A stretch of DNA of 64,000 nt from Candidatus Bathyarchaeota archaeon. GTDB taxonomy: Archaea > Thermoproteota > Bathyarchaeia > Bathyarchaeales > Bathycorpusculaceae. The notes under the pieces were generated by a model. The model made no database searches. It saw only the letters and a list, made by a program, of their open reading frames with translations, and was not told where the DNA came from. Where the stretch lies: NCBI GenBank assembly GCA_963715865.1, contig OY970280.1, forward strand, positions 192,001 through 256,000, written 5' to 3'. How positions within the stretch are numbered: the stretch's first letter is position 1; the number at the start of each line of letters is the position of its first letter. Shown piece by piece: positions 61,244-64,000 of this stretch. The position numbers were made by a program, and so were the translations under genes.

Positions 61244-61648
61244 TCATTGCAGTATTTTCACCAATAATGAAGGGATAACATCTTTGAAAACAGAACCACC
61301 GACAACAAAAAAAGTCTTGGACTTAACTAAATTCTTGAAAGTATGTTGCCACGCTCTACGTGGAGTTTCAGTCAGCACTATAAGAGCAACAGCCTTGTTT
61401 TGCAATACATAATCTACTCCTCTTCGTTCCCATTTCTCATAGGAGTTACTCGTAAGGTTATGACCCAGTTCGGACTCTATCAGCAGCCCTCTTTCATTTG
61501 CTGGATTGATGATGTAGATGTCAGGACCGGTTTTGTGCTCTCTCGCTAAGTTGATTTCTTTTATTATATAGCCCAGCGACTCCGCCACGGCATAAGTATA
61601 ATCTAACGAGAAGTCATGAAGCGTTTGATGAGTATACGTATCGCTCAT
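61244..61648 (-). CDS. Small PD-(D/E)xK-type endonuclease-like protein
   Basis: GPDIYII...LLIESE motif; 134 aa, convergent on the TGT-like gene. Confidence 0.55.
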   Translation of the reverse strand: MSDTYTHQTLHDFSLDYTYAVAESLGYIIKEINLAREHKTGPDIYIINPANERGLLIESELGHNLTSNSYEKWERRGVDYVLQNKAVALIVLTETPRRAWQHTFKNLVKSKTFFVVGGSVFKDVIPSLLVKILQ

Positions 61649-61800
61649 ATCTAATTTATATTGCGTTGTAGCTTTAAGTGGTTTCCCTTGATTAAATGTT
61701 AATCAATGGCTGAACTATTTTGTCGATCCTGCGAACCTTCATGTGGAAAACTATAGGCCCTTGGTAATTCAACTATGAGAACGATTTTCTCTGAAAATGT

Positions 61801-61974
61801 TGCTTCGTCCTCTGCCAAGCGTTTTTTAACTTGCCTCCAAACCGCTGGGCAATCCGTGTAATCTGAACCTATAATGCTGCGAATGACATTGTCAACTTCT
61901 TTTCTGTTTTGGCGTGTTACCTCTATTCCTGCTTTCTTAAAAGTCGCTTCAAGATGACGGAAATAACAAGTCAC
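61801..61974 (-). pseudogene. 5' part of a 74-aa small gene split by the insertion
   Basis: MTCYFRHL...CPAVWRQVKKRLAEDEA then reads into cassette DNA (ORF 61699-61974). Confidence 0.8.
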
Positions 61975-62127
61975 AGCGCTTCACCAAAAAACATCATAGT
62001 TACAGCACTTAGTAAATTTATTGATGCAGGTTGCTTGCTCGTTTGAGAAGTATTAAATAGTAATAATAATCGTATATTTTGGTATCATGTTATTGTCTAA
62101 CGTTTAAAATGGAGTGGAAAAAACAAA

Positions 62128-63045
62128 GTGCTTGTAACAAACAAGGATTTAATGGTTCCAGCCAGAAAAAACGGTTACGCCGTTGCAGCATTCAACATCC
62201 AAAACATGGAAAGCATGAAAGCCGTTGTGGAAGCAGCAACCGAAGAAAAATCCCCAGCCATCATGCAAATAACGCCAAGCGTCATCAAATACGCAGGATT
62301 AGAATACATCACGACTTTAGCGAAAACCGCCACACAAATCGCTCCTGTGCCAATAGCGATACATCTTGACCACGGAGAAGATTTCGATACAGCCGCGAAA
62401 TGCGTTAATGCCGGGTTTAGTTCAGTGATGATTGATGGCTCGTTTTTAAGTTTCAACGAAAACGTCGCTGTCACTAAACGAGTAGTAGATGTTGCTCATC
62501 CAAAGGGCGTTTCTGTTGAAGCTGAACTGGGCAAACTTGCGGGTGTCGAAGAACGCAGCGTGGAAGAAAGAGAAGCCATACTAACTGACCCGCAAAGTGC
62601 AGTAGAATTCGTGGAGAAAACCGGCGTTGACACACTTGCCGTAGCAATCGGCACATCGCATGGGGCTTACAAGTTTAAAAGCCAAGCAAAAATAGACCTT
62701 GAACGCTTAAAAATCATCAGCCAAAAAATCAGCATCCCACTTGTACTGCACGGCGCATCAAGCGTGCCTGCATGGATAGTTGAGAAAGCAGTCAAATACG
62801 GGGCAACACTAGATGGAGCAAAAGGCGTATCAGAAGACCAATTGCAACAAGCGATTAAGCTGGGCATTGCAAAAATCAACATTGACACTGACTTGCGCTT
62901 AGCCTTCACCGCAACAGTACGCGAAGTCTTAACCAACTCGCCAAAGGAATTTGACCCAAGAAAAATCCTTGGTCCAGCAAAAGACGCTATGAAAGAAGTG
63001 GCTAAGGGCAAAATGCGCCTGTTCGGAAGTTCAGGAAAAGCCTAA
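62128..63045 (+). CDS. fba: Class II fructose-1,6-bisphosphate aldolase
   Basis: AVAAFN, IHLDHG, SSVMIDGS, VEAELG, AIGTSHG, LVLHGAS and KINIDTD motifs. Confidence 0.96.
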   Translation: MLVTNKDLMVPARKNGYAVAAFNIQNMESMKAVVEAATEEKSPAIMQITPSVIKYAGLEYITTLAKTATQIAPVPIAIHLDHGEDFDTAAKCVNAGFSSVMIDGSFLSFNENVAVTKRVVDVAHPKGVSVEAELGKLAGVEERSVEEREAILTDPQSAVEFVEKTGVDTLAVAIGTSHGAYKFKSQAKIDLERLKIISQKISIPLVLHGASSVPAWIVEKAVKYGATLDGAKGVSEDQLQQAIKLGIAKINIDTDLRLAFTATVREVLTNSPKEFDPRKILGPAKDAMKEVAKGKMRLFGSSGKA

Positions 63046-63452
63046 ACAACCAACCTCAACCCCCTTTTCATTTGGTTTATAAAAACCTAACAGAATACCT
63101 GCCATGTTAGCGGCAGGATGAAATGCGCACTTTCTAACGGCTTTCTCTGCACCAGGGCTTCCTTTGCCAGGCTGGATTGTTTGAACAAAACTTTTACGCG
63201 ATCGAACATATGTCACTAGCTTTTTAATCTCCGCCAACCGTTCACTTAGGAAAACCGCCAGCTATCATAAACCAATAGTTGCGACTAAAAAATCTAGGGC
63301 TAAGCTGCTTCCAATTATTTCATACATTTGTTATCTCTAGCGCTCGGAAAATCAATAGCCTCTTTATTTGAAGCAACCAATGATTCAGAGGGCTTGCGTT
63401 ATTTCTGGTTAAAGCTTTAACCTGATTGTTACTCCAGCAACTTAGTTTTCTC

Positions 63453-63833
63453 TTATTTCAGCGATTCTTTTAGGGCTGAAAAGTAAGATAGAACCTGCTC
63501 AATTTGCTCTTCAGACATGGACAGAATAGTTTTAACTGCCGCTTTCTGCTTTGGCGATGAAGAAACCGCAAATGTTGCCAAGGCATAATCTAAGCTTGTG
63601 AAGAGTTGTTCCCATGGAATGTTAACTCGTTTACCTTTCAGGTTGTATAAGGCAAGGACGAATGCGCTGGCTCGGCTTAGGCTGTCTTTGAAAGCTTGAA
63701 TTGCTCCACCGATAGCTATAGCATCGTAGTCTTTTCCTGAAAGAAAACTCTTGATTACCCTATAATTTTGTTCTAAATTTTGAATTTCGGCAAAAAGATC
63801 TTGCTTAATTCTTGCTTCTGTATTATCCGGCAT
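63453..63833 (-). CDS. Hypothetical helical protein
   Basis: 126-aa ORF with an ATG start. Confidence 0.6.
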   Translation of the reverse strand: MPDNTEARIKQDLFAEIQNLEQNYRVIKSFLSGKDYDAIAIGGAIQAFKDSLSRASAFVLALYNLKGKRVNIPWEQLFTSLDYALATFAVSSSPKQKAAVKTILSMSEEQIEQVLSYFSALKESLK

Positions 63834-64000
63834 GCTTCATCGCTTTCCTGCATGTAGAAATCAAGTACATAAGACTTTTTTCAAATATTTACTTAATTGT
63901 TTGGTCCTATCTAGGAAAGTAGAGATTAATCCGTTTTTGAACCTATGAACAACGCATTGAACAGGAATGGAGAAATAGGAGTGAAGGGCTTATGATGTCT

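Larger units (their letters stand above)
52081..61800. mobile_element. Integrase-free defence/modification cassette
   Basis: Bounded by duplicated chromosomal sequence and splits a small gene; carries six defence-type genes. Confidence 0.8.

Noticed and set aside
52242-61648. Canonical BREX, Dpd or Dnd/Pbe system
   Set aside because: I could not recognise PglZ, PglX, DpdB/C, DndC/D or the helicases of those systems by motif. An HMM search is needed to be certain.

Overview
Archaeal chromosome window. EF-1alpha, TFS, a TFB homolog, a short XPF nuclease and the integrase type point to TACK, most likely Bathyarchaeia; the taxonomy is inference. There are three parts. (1) A roughly 34-kb accessory island (about 5.5-39.4 kb) hangs off the 3' end of tRNA-Pro(CGG). 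It has an adjacent tyrosine integrase, a degenerate distal att-like site, two serine recombinases and a TFB homolog. Its cargo includes a complete urease operon with urea and ammonium transporters, catalase/PerR, many truncated genes and a family of GAACCC-N4-GGGTTC hairpin sites. (2) A core-like stretch (39.6-51.9 kb) carries xpf, EF-1alpha, GT2, a GH2 beta-mannosidase, a glyoxalase, DUF2130 and RNase HI. (3) An integrase-free insertion of about 9.7 kb (52081-61800) splits a small gene next to class II fba. It encodes NurA-like nuclease, HerA-like ATPase, a 1427-aa P-loop ATPase, a stand-alone DUF5591 (archaeosine-synthase-type) protein and a PUA-less tRNA-guanine-transglycosylase-like (DpdA-like) enzyme, plus a convergent small PD-(D/E)xK nuclease. 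This insertion is the best candidate for an undescribed system: a putative archaeal 7-deazaguanine DNA-modification/defence system. All calls come from manual motif reading; no database searches were run.
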